DNA of 64,000 nt from an uncultured Rivularia sp. (GTDB lineage Bacteria; Cyanobacteriota; Cyanobacteriia; Cyanobacteriales; Nostocaceae), in assembly GCA_963665115.1 (NCBI GenBank), contig OY762007.1, positions 64,001 through 128,000 on the forward strand, written 5' to 3'. Under the pieces are notes generated by a model. The model was not told where the DNA came from. It saw only the letters and a program-made list of their open reading frames with translations, and did not search any database. Of the stretch, positions 22,593-33,135 are shown one piece after another (position 1 is the stretch's first letter; each line of letters opens with the position of its first letter). The translations under genes and the position numbers were made by a program.

Positions 22593-22736
22593 CTAATATT
22601 ACGAAGTCCGGCGACCTCTTCTAGGGTGAGGGTGATTTAGCGCAGTCTCTGAATTACTATATTATGGAAAAGGTAAATAATTATTGTTGTCTATTAAGCT
22701 AGCAGATAACAAGCTGGAATATTGGGAGACTATTCG

Positions 22737-23822
22737 ATGACGGGGACTATTAACGAAAAACAACTGTCGAGAATAGTTTTAAAAGGTTTCAAGTCTATTG
22801 TCGAATGCGATATTGAACTCAATAAGATAAATGTTTTAATTGGTGCTAATGGAGCGGGAAAATCCAATTTTATCGGCTTTTTTCGCATGATGCAGCAGTT
22901 ACTTGAAGAAAATCTACAAGTTTTTGTCAGCCGTCAAGGTAGTCCCGATACACTACTACACTTTGGACGGAAAACAACGGAACAGCTAGAGTTTCGGCTA
23001 TATTTTGGTAATAAAGGCTATTTCGCAGCGTTAGCAGCAACTCAAGATAATCGCTTGATGTTTGTTGAGGAGTTTTTTTGGTGGAATTTAGCGGCAGAAT
23101 ATGAACTAGGAAAAGGTCATTTTGAGACAAAGGCTTTTTCTCTTACTGGGACAAGAATTCATGAGAATATTTTGTCTGCTATGCAGGGATGGAGGGTTTA
23201 TCATTTTCATGACACCAGCGATAGTGCTTATGTAAAACAGCGTCACGGTATTAATGATAATAATTATCTGCGTCCTGATGCGCGAAATCTTGCAGCTTTT
23301 CTTTATTTATTGCGCGAGAATTACTCTTCATCCTATCAGAAAATAGTCAAAACTATTAGACTTGTTGCACCGTTTTTTCGAGACTTTTACCTGCGTCCAT
23401 CACCACAAAATAACGAATTTATAGAACTCGAATGGTTTGAGCGGGGACATGATATTCCCTTCAAAGCACATTTACTTTCCGACGGTACGCTACGTTTTAT
23501 ATGTCTGACAACAGTTTTTTTACAACCAGAAGATTTTCAACCGGAGACAATATTAGTTGATGAGCCAGAACTTGGTCTTCATCCCTATGCTATTACGGTT
23601 TTGGCTTCGTTGATACGGACTTCTAAACAGGTAATTGTTTCTACTCAGTCAGTGGAATTGCTCAACGAATTTGATGCTTCAGATGTAATAGTTGTTGACC
23701 GTAATAGCGGTTGTTCTTCACTTCGCAGGTTGGAAGAGCGAGAGTTAGAGGAATGGCTAGAAGATCATAGCTTAGGAGAGCTTTGGAAGAAAAACCTTAT
23801 CGGAGGTAGACCTTCAAAATGA
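22737..23822 (+). CDS. ABC/SMC-like AAA ATPase (AAA_21 family)
   Basis: GANGAGKSN Walker A, LSDGTLR signature, LVDEPELGLHP Walker B/D-loop, STQS. Confidence 0.92.
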   Translation: MTGTINEKQLSRIVLKGFKSIVECDIELNKINVLIGANGAGKSNFIGFFRMMQQLLEENLQVFVSRQGSPDTLLHFGRKTTEQLEFRLYFGNKGYFAALAATQDNRLMFVEEFFWWNLAAEYELGKGHFETKAFSLTGTRIHENILSAMQGWRVYHFHDTSDSAYVKQRHGINDNNYLRPDARNLAAFLYLLRENYSSSYQKIVKTIRLVAPFFRDFYLRPSPQNNEFIELEWFERGHDIPFKAHLLSDGTLRFICLTTVFLQPEDFQPETILVDEPELGLHPYAITVLASLIRTSKQVIVSTQSVELLNEFDASDVIVVDRNSGCSSLRRLEERELEEWLEDHSLGELWKKNLIGGRPSK

Positions 23823-24469
23823 TTCGAGTTCACGTTTTTGTTGAAGGACAAACCGAAGAAACTTTTGTTAGAGAACTGCTCTATGAGTATTTTATAGATA
23901 AGAATATATACCTCAATCCAATCTTAGTAAGCACCAGTAAAACTGCTAAAGGTGGTGTAGTCAGTTATGCAAAAATCAAGCCGCAAATTAATCGCAAGTG
24001 TCTGGAAGATGCAAAAGCATTTGTCACCACAATGTTTGATATGTACGCTTTACCTAAAGACTTTCCCGGAAGCAGTTTGCTACCAAAAATCAATGAACCT
24101 TTGCAGAAAGCAGAATATTTAGAAAGGGAAATGGGTAAAGATATTGGACACAAAAATTTTATCCCTAATTTACTAGTTCATGAATTTGAAGGTTTGTTAT
24201 ACAGCAATCCACAAGCTTTTGCTGGGTGGTTTGATGAAAGTGCCGTAGTTACCTTGCAAGAAGAACGTAATGCTTTTTCTTCACCCGAACATATTAACGA
24301 TAGTCCCCTAACAGCACCATCAAAAAGAATTCGTAATTGCTGTAAGGGATACGATAAACCGCTGCATGGTTCCTTACTTGCTATAGATATTGGGCTAGAT
24401 ACAATCCGTTTTGAATGTCAGCATTTTAATCAATGGTTGCTGCGGATTGAAAATATAGTTGTAGCTTAA
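23819..24469 (+). CDS. DUF4276 family protein (TOPRIM-like)
   Basis: VFVEGQTEETF, MFDMY, HEFEGLL, PEHIND...APSKRI, YDKPLHG; ATGA overlap with the ATPase stop. Confidence 0.85.
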   Translation: MIRVHVFVEGQTEETFVRELLYEYFIDKNIYLNPILVSTSKTAKGGVVSYAKIKPQINRKCLEDAKAFVTTMFDMYALPKDFPGSSLLPKINEPLQKAEYLEREMGKDIGHKNFIPNLLVHEFEGLLYSNPQAFAGWFDESAVVTLQEERNAFSSPEHINDSPLTAPSKRIRNCCKGYDKPLHGSLLAIDIGLDTIRFECQHFNQWLLRIENIVVA

Positions 24470-24742
24470 ACAAGAGAATTTTTTACTTGCTTAATAATCG
24501 CTTCAATTAATATCTAACATCATTCATCATTCTCACAATCACCGGGGAATGAAATTAAGAGGCTAATAGCTGGCATTCCTATAAATAGCACTAGGCAAGA
24601 ATTTTAGTCTTCTTTAGAAGACTTTGTATGTAAGCCTGGGAATTTATTCCAAGGCGGTTGTTGAGAATGGTGCAAGATGTGAAATGAATCGGACTGTTTT
24701 TTGTAGGGTTTGATTTTTTGATTTAAAAACGATAGCTCAATG

Positions 24743-25359
24743 ATTTTAATCCCCTTTCGGGGCAAAGGTATCGGAAAGTTTTTGGCGTATTAACTGGTGG
24801 AGCTGGCTTTGCAATAAGGTTTCCATCCCCTTTCGGGGCAAAGGTATTGGAAAGCTGTAAATATGTATATTAAGGAAGAAGGGTGCTTGAGAGTTTCCAT
24901 CCCCTTTCGGGGCAAAGGTATCGGAAAGTGTTAGTGCGGTTGAAAAATTTAGTATCCAATGGTTTCCATCCCCTTTCGGGGCAAAGGTATTGGAAAGCTG
25001 TAAATATGTATATTAAGGAAGAAGGGTGCTTGAGAGTTTCCATCCCCTTTCGGGGCAAAGGTATCGGAAAGGGTGGTAGTGTTGGAAATGTTGAAGGCTC
25101 CTCAGCCAAGTTTCCATCCCCTTTCGGGGCAAAGGTATCGGAAAGAAAAGGGATGGGCTAGTAATAGCCTGGTTGGTTAAGTTTCCATCCCCTTTCGGGG
25201 CAAAGGTATCGGAAAGTCCAACAATGTCATAGACAAAGTTGGATGTGAGTTAGGGTTTCCATCCCCTTTCGGGGCAAAGGTATCGGAAAGTGAGCATGAA
25301 AACTATAATTCACATTTCTAAAAGTTTCCATCCCCTTTCGGGGCAAAGGTATCGGAAAG
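24743..25359 (-). CRISPR. orphan CRISPR array: 9 repeats of 36 nt (CTTTCCGATACCTTTGCCCCGAAAGGGGATGGAAAC on minus strand), 8 spacers of 33-40 nt
   Basis: repeats start at 24743 (degenerate), 24819, 24893, 24962, 25036, 25110, 25181, 25255, 25324; CCCC-GAAA-GGGG hairpin and 3' GAAAC. Confidence 0.98.
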
Positions 25360-25545
25360 AGTTCACTTCTGGAACCCTTACACAGAGGGCATTTGAGATA
25401 CCCCAATCGACACACTCCGAAAAAATGGAGAAATTTTTCGAGAAAACGGTCATTTTTGTCGCTTGAAACCCTTACTGGGTAAGCAATCGACACACTCCAA
25501 CGAAGTTATAGGGTTTTCAAGGTTCTGAGCTAGTGTGTCGATTTA
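25360..25545 (-). promoter_or_regulatory. CRISPR leader
   Basis: lies opposite the degenerate repeat; AATCGACACACTCC twice plus an inverted copy, AACCCTTAC twice. Confidence 0.8.
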
Positions 25546-25798
25546 GTTCGACTTCTAACTAACTCAAGTAAGATACATTAGCTACTGATATTTATCAAGC
25601 TATAAATCAAAAAAGTTTACATGGTCAGAATTTTATTGTTAATACATAAGTTAAAATCATGCTAATTAAGGCGATCGCCAGCAATCTACTTATGAATCAA
25701 AAACCTACCAATAATTAAGATAAATTTAAACTCGGATTGAGCAATTGCCGTCGTAAAAGCATCCGTTGTAAAAACTAATCTACCCGTTATTAAAACCA

Positions 25799-26837
25799 AT
25801 GCATCCGTTGCTAAAATTTTTCTCACCAATAATTGCCATATTATCGGCTTTAATAGTCGGTGCAATTCTAATTTTAATAGCTGGTGCAAATCCCATCGCA
25901 GCATATACAGCACTTTTTCAAGAATCGCTTTTCGATTATTTTGGTTTTGGCAATACTTTAACTAGAATGACTCCTTTATTATTTACCAGTTTGGGAGTTT
26001 TGATCGCGTTAAAAGCCGGACAATTTAACATTGGTGGGGAAGGACAAATTTATTTGGGTGCTTTGGGAAGTACTTTAGTTGGTTTGTATTTTCAAAGTTT
26101 ACCAGCATTTATTCATGTACCTTTGGCATTGCTGGTAGGATTTTTATTTGGTGGAATTTGGGGTTGGATTCCCGGTTATTTAAAAGCAATCAAGGGTGTA
26201 AATGAGATAATTACAACTTTGTTGCTCAACTATATTGCGGTGAATTTAATTAGTTACTTGGTGCAAAATCCCCTCAAAGCAGAAAACGCACCCAGCCCTT
26301 ATTCACCATTGATTGCCAAATCTGCTCAATTACCAATGTTGCCGGGAAATTTGGCTCATAGCGGTATTTTCTTAGGCTTATTAGTCGCAGTAATTTTATG
26401 GATATTATTGCAGCGTACACCTTTGGGTTATCAAATAACAGCAGTGGGATTTAACTCGATAGCTTCTAACTACGCGGGAATTTCCGTAAAACGAACCATT
26501 ATTTTAGTAATGGCTGCTTCGGGTGGATTAGCTGGATTAGCAGGTAGTTGTGAAGTCATGGGCTTGAAATATCGGTTATTTGAAGAAATTTCCCCCGGTT
26601 ATGGATTCGACGCGATCGCAATTGCCTTTCTCAGTCGTGGTAACGTTTTGGGAGTAGTTTTAGCTTCCTTATTTTTTGCAGCATTGCGGAGTGGAGCCAA
26701 TGTCATGCAGCGTAGCGCCGGTGTTTCCGGTAACGGTAGTTTTGGCGATTCAGGGGTTGACAGTGTTGTTTATTGCCATTGGTTTAGCATTGGAAAACAG
26801 AGATGGGGAGAGGGGGGAGAGGGGGGAGAGGGGGTAG
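25799..26837 (+). CDS. ABC transporter permease 1 (+1 frameshift near 26725)
   Basis: FNIGGEGQ, NEIITTLLLNY, GYGFDAIAIA; corrected frame continues PVTVVLAIQG to TAG at 26835-26837. Confidence 0.9.
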
Positions 26838-26929
26838 AGGGGGTAGAGGGGGGAGATGGGGAGACAAGGAATTATCCAAATATTCGTAGTGGGAGCATCT
26901 TGCTCCCTTGCAGTTTTCTAAACTAAAAA

Positions 26930-27203
26930 AACCAATCCCCAATCCCCAATTACCAATTACCAATCCCCAATTACCAATTACCAATTACCAATTACCAATT
27001 ACCAATTACCAATTACCAATTCCCAATTACCAATTACCAATCCCCAATTACCAATTACCAATCCCCAATTACCAATTACCAATTACCAATTACCAATTAC
27101 CAATTACCAATCCCCAATTACCAATTACCAATTACCAATTACCAATTACCAATTACCAATTACCAATTACCAATTACCAATTACCCATTACCAATCCCCA
27201 ATC
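26930..27203 (+). repeat. long STRR tract (ATTACCA/ATCCCCA)n between G-rich and C-rich 9-mer tracts
   Basis: read directly. Confidence 0.95.
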
Positions 27204-27274
27204 CCCTCTACCCCCTCTACCCCCTCTACCCCCTCTCCCCCCTCTCCCCCAACTCCCCCCTCTCCCCCTCCCTC

Positions 27275-28207
27275 ATGAATAACAATTTAGCTTTCTTCAC
27301 AGATTACCTCGCATCAAGCATCCGTTTAGCTGTTCCTCTTGCCTTCGCGGCTTTGGGTGGGATGTATTCGGAGCGTGCAGGTATATTAAATATTGCTTTG
27401 GAGGGGATGTTATTAACTGGGGCTTTTACTAGTGCTGCGGCAACTTTTTACTCTGGTAATCCTTGGTTGGGCGTAATATCTGCTGTTGTTGCTGGAGGTT
27501 TGGTGGGGTTGCTTCATGCTTTTTTGTGTGTGAGTTTGCGGGTTAATCAGTTGGTGTCTGGATTGGCGATTAATTTGGTAGCGTCTGGGTTAACGTCATT
27601 TTTGGCGAGGTTGGTGTTTAATAGTGGTAGCAATCAAAGATTAGCGGGAATTGAAGCAATTATCATTCCTGGATTTGCTAATATACCTTTGATTGGGAAG
27701 CTCCTATTTCAACAAGATCTCTTCGTATATTTACTGATTATTTTAATTGCTTTTAGTATATATTTTCTGTTTCATACCAGCCCTGGATTAACTTTGCGTG
27801 CTGTGGGAGAATATCCCCAGGCTGCCGATACTGCGGGAATTTCTGTATTCAAGGTGCGTTATTTGGCTGTTATCGCAAGTGGTTGTTTGGCTAGTTTGGG
27901 AGGAGCTTACTTGAGTTTAGTACAGGTAAAATATTTTGCTGAAGGCATGAGTTCGGGAAAAGGGTTTATTGCGATCGCAGCTTTAATTTTTGGTAAATGG
28001 CATCCTCTAGGTACTAGTTTGGCGAGTTTATTATTTGGTGCTACAGAAGCTTTACAGTTAAGAATTCAAGCTTTAGGCGTAAATATACCCTATCAATTTT
28101 TAATTATGCTGCCTTATGCAGTGGCATTAATAGCTTTAGTTGGTTTTGTGAAAAAATCCCCACCTCCCGCAGCTTTAGGTATTCCTTATAATCAAGAACG
28201 AAAATAA
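27275..28207 (+). CDS. ABC transporter permease 2
   Basis: SERAGILNIALEG, GEYPQAADTAG, GKGFIAIAALIFGKW. Confidence 0.93.
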   Translation: MNNNLAFFTDYLASSIRLAVPLAFAALGGMYSERAGILNIALEGMLLTGAFTSAAATFYSGNPWLGVISAVVAGGLVGLLHAFLCVSLRVNQLVSGLAINLVASGLTSFLARLVFNSGSNQRLAGIEAIIIPGFANIPLIGKLLFQQDLFVYLLIILIAFSIYFLFHTSPGLTLRAVGEYPQAADTAGISVFKVRYLAVIASGCLASLGGAYLSLVQVKYFAEGMSSGKGFIAIAALIFGKWHPLGTSLASLLFGATEALQLRIQALGVNIPYQFLIMLPYAVALIALVGFVKKSPPPAALGIPYNQERK

Positions 28208-28296
28208 TTAAAAAAAGCAATTGTTAGTAATTAGGAGATGCTTGAATAAATATCTTCCAATGCCCAATGCCCAATTATCAATTACCCAAATTCAAT

Positions 28297-29169
28297 ATGA
28301 CTTGGTTTTTCTTCGCAATTTCCACAGCTTTCCTCGAATCAGTCAGGGATATTTTTAATAAAAAGACAGTTTCCGTAATTGACGAATACATTCTAGTTTT
28401 TTCTTTCAATCTATTAACCGCCATATTTGCTTTTCCGCTATTATTTATTAATGATATTCCAACTTTCGACAATCGCTTTTTATCTGCTGTAATTGCTATC
28501 GGAATTTTAAACACCATTTCGTATTTACTTTTTTTCAAAGCCATCAAAGCATCAGATTTATCAATAGTTGCTCCTATAACTACATTAAGTCCGATATTTC
28601 TTTTAATTACATCTCCGCTTCTTGTCGGTGAATTTCCTAACGCTGTCGGTATTTTGGGAATATTTATCATTGTGATTGGTGCTTATGTATTGAAATTCCA
28701 AGATAAAACCAGCGGATATCTAGCTCCTTTTAAATCGTTATTCAAAGAAACTGGATCAAGATTAATGTTTTTGGTGGTATTAGTATGGAGTATTACCGCC
28801 AATGTTGATAAAATTGGCGTACAAAATTCCTCACCAATTATGTGGACAGTTGCCGCACATTTCAGCGTAGCTGTATTTACTTTACCGATAGTATTTTTGA
28901 AATCAAAACCAAATATTCAAAGTATTAAATCTAATTCGCGAAACTTGATTTTAATTGGTTTTATAAATACCTTGGCAATCTTATGTCAAATGAGTGCATT
29001 ACAACTCGCTCTCGTATCCTTCGTAATTGCAGTTAAACGTACCAGTGCTTTGTTTAATGTTTTATGGGGTTGGTTAATTTTTAAAGAGCAAGGTATCAAA
29101 GAAAGAATAGCCGGTTCAATTATCATGATTGTAGGAGTTGTAGTGATAACTTTGTCGAAAATGGTTTAG
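28297..29169 (+). CDS. EamA/DMT family transporter
   Basis: multi-TM pattern, SDLSIVAP, AVKRTSALF; start taken at MTWFF. Confidence 0.88.
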   Translation: MTWFFFAISTAFLESVRDIFNKKTVSVIDEYILVFSFNLLTAIFAFPLLFINDIPTFDNRFLSAVIAIGILNTISYLLFFKAIKASDLSIVAPITTLSPIFLLITSPLLVGEFPNAVGILGIFIIVIGAYVLKFQDKTSGYLAPFKSLFKETGSRLMFLVVLVWSITANVDKIGVQNSSPIMWTVAAHFSVAVFTLPIVFLKSKPNIQSIKSNSRNLILIGFINTLAILCQMSALQLALVSFVIAVKRTSALFNVLWGWLIFKEQGIKERIAGSIIMIVGVVVITLSKMV

Positions 29170-29383
29170 AAGGGAATGAGGAATGGGGCATGGGGCATGG
29201 GAAATTGATAATTGAATAAACCCGGCGGTTGAAACCGCGTCTACACAGGCAAAACCTGCCTCCGCAGGTTATAAGAGGTAATTGATAATTGAATAAATCC
29301 GGCGATTGAAACCGCGTCTACACAGGCAAAACCTGCCTCCGCAGGTTAACAGAGGTAATTGATAATTGATAATTGTTAACTGA

Positions 29384-30874
29384 TTAAGGTAGCCAGAAAT
29401 CGGGAACAACCGATTTAACAATTCCCCGCACGGTATTGTTAATTGTTCTGCCTATTTGTATATGTGGTTCGTCTGCTTCTACTGGTAAAATATTCGCATT
29501 TGCGCCTTTTCCTAAATAATCAACTACTAAATTCGCAGCTTCTAAACCTGTAACAAAAGCCTTTTCTTGGGACCAAGATCCATGACGGCTGGTAATCCAA
29601 TCACCGCTCATAAATACGTTATTAAATGTGGTTTTTGCTGGCAACATATGGCGATAGCTGCCGGGTGAAAAGTGTGTTACGGCTTGGGGTAAACGAATGA
29701 CGCTGCTGTCAATTACTTTGGCATTGGCAAATTCCGGTACGCAAGTTGCTAAATATTTTTGGACTATAGGAATTATCTCTTCATCGCTCAAAAGAATAAA
29801 TTGATTGGCATGATAAAAATCAACTTCTACAACTGTTCCCGGCTCGTCTCTATATTCATCGTGGAGCGCGTTTAAATCAAAAAATGTCCATCCGGTGGTT
29901 TCATCGAAGCCAAAACAAGCGTTAGATGGAAGAGGAATATTGATTTTGCGATCGAACCATAAACGAGTTGCTAATACGTCAATTGCGTTTAAATTCTTTA
30001 AATTACGGAATTCTTCACGACTTTGCAAACTTTCGCTGTTAGAAACAATCTTCTTCATTCCACTAATACCGACGCTAAAAACTACGGCATCGGCTTCAAA
30101 AACTTCATCGCCACAAACTACACTTTTAACTTGATTCCCATCAGTAACTAAATCGGTAACTCGTTTATTTGCAAGTATTTTTCCCCCAGCTTGTTCAATT
30201 TTCTCTACCCAAGGACGAAAAATTTGTTCTCCAACGGTACCCCGACACCAAACCACATCAAAATCTGGTTGATGCGCCAAAATAAAGTAGTAGAGCATTC
30301 CTAAAGTTGCCGCCGCCGAACATTGTTCCCCCGGTGCAAATAAACCCACCAGCAACATTGGCTCAAATGATTCGTGATAAAGTCGTGCCGAAACACCAAA
30401 CTGTTTAAACAATTCCCGCGCCGTGACATAATCGTAACGTCGCCAAGCAGCATCGGAATTATCAAAATCTATGAGAGCGTAGAGCAAAGGTAAAGCGCTG
30501 ATTCGATCGACTAACGGCAACCTTTTAAACTTGGTATAAATAAAAGTTCCTAAAGGAGTGGGGAGCTTGGGTAAATCTTGAAAAATTGGAGACTCAACCT
30601 CTAAACCTGCGGGAGAATACTGAGATGAACGAGTCCAAGTTGTGAAAGGATTAATATTTAGCTCATTTATTAAAGCAAAAATATTTCTATAAGGATACCA
30701 AAATCCGTGAATACCCGCTTCAACAGATTTGCCTTTCTCAGTTTTCCAACCAGCAACTAAACCCCCTGGATAAGAGCCAGCTTCCAGAAGCGTTACATCA
30801 TAACCTTGTTTGGCTAAATGGTGAGTTGCACCCAAACCAGCCCAACCAGCACCAACTACTACTACTTTTTTCAT
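29384..30874 (-). CDS. FAD-dependent amine-oxidase/carotene-desaturase-like oxidoreductase
   Basis: VVGAGWAGLGA dinucleotide fold, EAGIHGFW, GDW..SWSQEKA. Confidence 0.88.
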   Translation of the reverse strand: MKKVVVVGAGWAGLGATHHLAKQGYDVTLLEAGSYPGGLVAGWKTEKGKSVEAGIHGFWYPYRNIFALINELNINPFTTWTRSSQYSPAGLEVESPIFQDLPKLPTPLGTFIYTKFKRLPLVDRISALPLLYALIDFDNSDAAWRRYDYVTARELFKQFGVSARLYHESFEPMLLVGLFAPGEQCSAAATLGMLYYFILAHQPDFDVVWCRGTVGEQIFRPWVEKIEQAGGKILANKRVTDLVTDGNQVKSVVCGDEVFEADAVVFSVGISGMKKIVSNSESLQSREEFRNLKNLNAIDVLATRLWFDRKINIPLPSNACFGFDETTGWTFFDLNALHDEYRDEPGTVVEVDFYHANQFILLSDEEIIPIVQKYLATCVPEFANAKVIDSSVIRLPQAVTHFSPGSYRHMLPAKTTFNNVFMSGDWITSRHGSWSQEKAFVTGLEAANLVVDYLGKGANANILPVEADEPHIQIGRTINNTVRGIVKSVVPDFWLP

Positions 30875-31133
30875 CAGAAAACATTTAAGAGTGAACAGTT
30901 AGCAGTAATCATATTATTTTAGGTTGCCCTTGGGAAAGCTTTCAGGATTTACCTCTTGCCATATTTTATTTATTGCAAGATAATACAGGATATATTTAGA
31001 TGAAAAATTCCAGTATTTTTATTTGTTTTAAAACGCGGTTTATAATGATTTTTGTCCGTTATTTTTTATTTGCTAACCTTTACCAAATATGAATTTTAGC
31101 TTTGAGTCAAATGCTAATACTTAACTATATATA

Positions 31134-32054
31134 ATGATAAAATTAGCAGAATTATTAAAGATATTTCAAGAGAAGAAACCAATATTAGTCACAAGTATAA
31201 TTATTATAGCTTCGATAACTATCTTACTATTTTTACTCCCGCAGCTATATAAATTTGACTGGATTGGATTTGGAACTGTTTCAGATATCTATATAAGTGA
31301 CGAAGAAGCAATAAATTTTAAAACTGGCAATATTGTCACACTTCACAAAAAAACCGAACATATAAAATCGGCGAAAAAGCTTTGGGATTGGCTGGAATTG
31401 CTGGGAATTCCAGTTTTATTAGTTATTTTAGGTACTCAATTTCAAATTAACGAAAAAAAGCTAGCAGAAGAAAAAGCTAGAACTGAAAAAGAACGAATTG
31501 ACGAACAAGTAAAAGCCGAAAAAGAGCGAGTTGAGGAACAAGTTAAAGCTGAAAAACAACGAGCCGACGAACAAGCAAAAGCTGAAAAAGAAAAAACAAC
31601 TAATATTTTAAACGAAGAAGCCTTGCAAGCTTATATCGATCGGATGTCAGAGTTATTGATTGATAAAAACTTAAAATCTTTGTCTCCGAAAGATCCTTTA
31701 CGAGAAGCAGCATTAGATGTTGCCCGTGCTAGAACTTTGTCAGTATTGCGGAGATTGGATATACACGGAGAAAGAAAAGGAAGCATTATTCGGTTTTTAA
31801 TTAATGCAGAATTTATCAATGAATTGCAGCTAGATTCGAGTTATGCCAAGCTCAATGGTGCTGACTTTAGTAATACCAAACTTAACGGTGTCGATTTGAA
31901 TGGTGCCAACTTAGTCGAAGCTAAAAACTTAACTATAGAACAAATTAAACAAGCTAAAAACTGGAAAAAAGCGGTATATACTCCTGAATTTAATAATCAA
32001 CTATTGTCAACAGAAAATATAACTGAAGAAGAGGGAGTAGGGAGTAGGGAGTAG
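31134..32054 (+). CDS. membrane-anchored coiled-coil protein with a short pentapeptide-repeat C-terminus
   Basis: two TM segments, KLWDWLELLGIP, 11-aa EKERxxEQVKA repeats, ARARTLSVL, A(D/N)Lxx-type repeats. Confidence 0.85.
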   Translation: MIKLAELLKIFQEKKPILVTSIIIIASITILLFLLPQLYKFDWIGFGTVSDIYISDEEAINFKTGNIVTLHKKTEHIKSAKKLWDWLELLGIPVLLVILGTQFQINEKKLAEEKARTEKERIDEQVKAEKERVEEQVKAEKQRADEQAKAEKEKTTNILNEEALQAYIDRMSELLIDKNLKSLSPKDPLREAALDVARARTLSVLRRLDIHGERKGSIIRFLINAEFINELQLDSSYAKLNGADFSNTKLNGVDLNGANLVEAKNLTIEQIKQAKNWKKAVYTPEFNNQLLSTENITEEEGVGSRE

Positions 32055-32360
32055 GAAGTAGGAAGTAGGGAGTAGTAAGTAGGGAGTAGGGAGTAGGGAG
32101 TAGGGAGTAGTAAGTAGAAAGTAGGAAGTAGGGAGTAGGGAATATTCTCAAAGTAGCATCCCAAATTTTAATTTTGTAGTGCGTTAGCGTTCACGCGGAG
32201 CGTGCGGCTCAGCGTGTCTGAAAGACAAGCATCTTGCTCGCTATATGTCTCAAGCGATCAAGATGTTTGCGCTTCGCGCACACTGCGTTAACGCACTAAC
32301 TGCGGATTTTTCAACAATTAGGATGCTCCCAATTCCCAATCCCCAATCCCCAATCCCCAA

Positions 32361-32933
32361 TTAAACTTCTAATTCAATTTCATATCCCAATCTTTTTGCG
32401 AGAGAAATTTTATAAACATCACCTTGATTCATTTCTCCCGGCTCTTTCATTTGAGTTAAAGCGGTAACTACTTCATCTGAGTTTGCTGTGAGGATAACTA
32501 CGGGTTGATTGCAAGCTATAGGAAAATCATGCCAAGTACCCAGATACAATAAAAGTCCGTGCCCAGGAGGAAAACGTAGCGCTTTTACTTGGGATAAATC
32601 CGGTAAATATTGATTGTTTTGATGAGTTGGTGGTGACAAAACCATAATAAAAGGAGATTGCCCCAAAGCGATAAACATTTGCGTCATGTACATATGACGT
32701 TCTAACCAGGTTACTGTTGGATAACCCGGCATTATTTTCGCAGTTCTAAAAGTTGCATCGCCGCGATAGGTAAAGTCTATATTTTCACCTTCTAATACTC
32801 TTCCTTGATAAAAAGGTATTCCCAATCCCGGTTTACTGACATCATCACCTAGTAAATGTCCGTAAGGTTTAATGTTTTCCGAATTGGCATCAATTACAGG
32901 AATTGTTAAAGTTTGAGTTTGAGAAATATTCAT
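32361..32933 (-). CDS. ureidoglycolate lyase-like cupin
   Basis: PYG, LERH..TQMFI, GTWHDFP. Confidence 0.8.
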   Translation of the reverse strand: MNISQTQTLTIPVIDANSENIKPYGHLLGDDVSKPGLGIPFYQGRVLEGENIDFTYRGDATFRTAKIMPGYPTVTWLERHMYMTQMFIALGQSPFIMVLSPPTHQNNQYLPDLSQVKALRFPPGHGLLLYLGTWHDFPIACNQPVVILTANSDEVVTALTQMKEPGEMNQGDVYKISLAKRLGYEIELEV

Positions 32934-33135
32934 AGGAATTTTAGATTTTGGGTTTTAGATTTTAACAACGGATACTTTTTTGCATATTGTATTATAAATC
33001 GCAAAACCTCACCCTGTCCTTACGGACATCCCTCTCCTTAGTAAGGAGAGGGAAAGATTTACAATAGGTAAATCGAGGGCGAGTTTTTTTGATAAGTGCA
33101 TTATCGATAGCTAATAATTGATAATTGATAATTGT

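Noticed and set aside
22737..24469. cas genes for the adjacent array
   Set aside because: no Cas1, RAMP, HD, Cas10 or RuvC motifs; the proteins match AAA_21 and DUF4276 patterns
24870..25493. ORFs of 79-92 aa over the array
   Set aside because: read-through of CRISPR repeats
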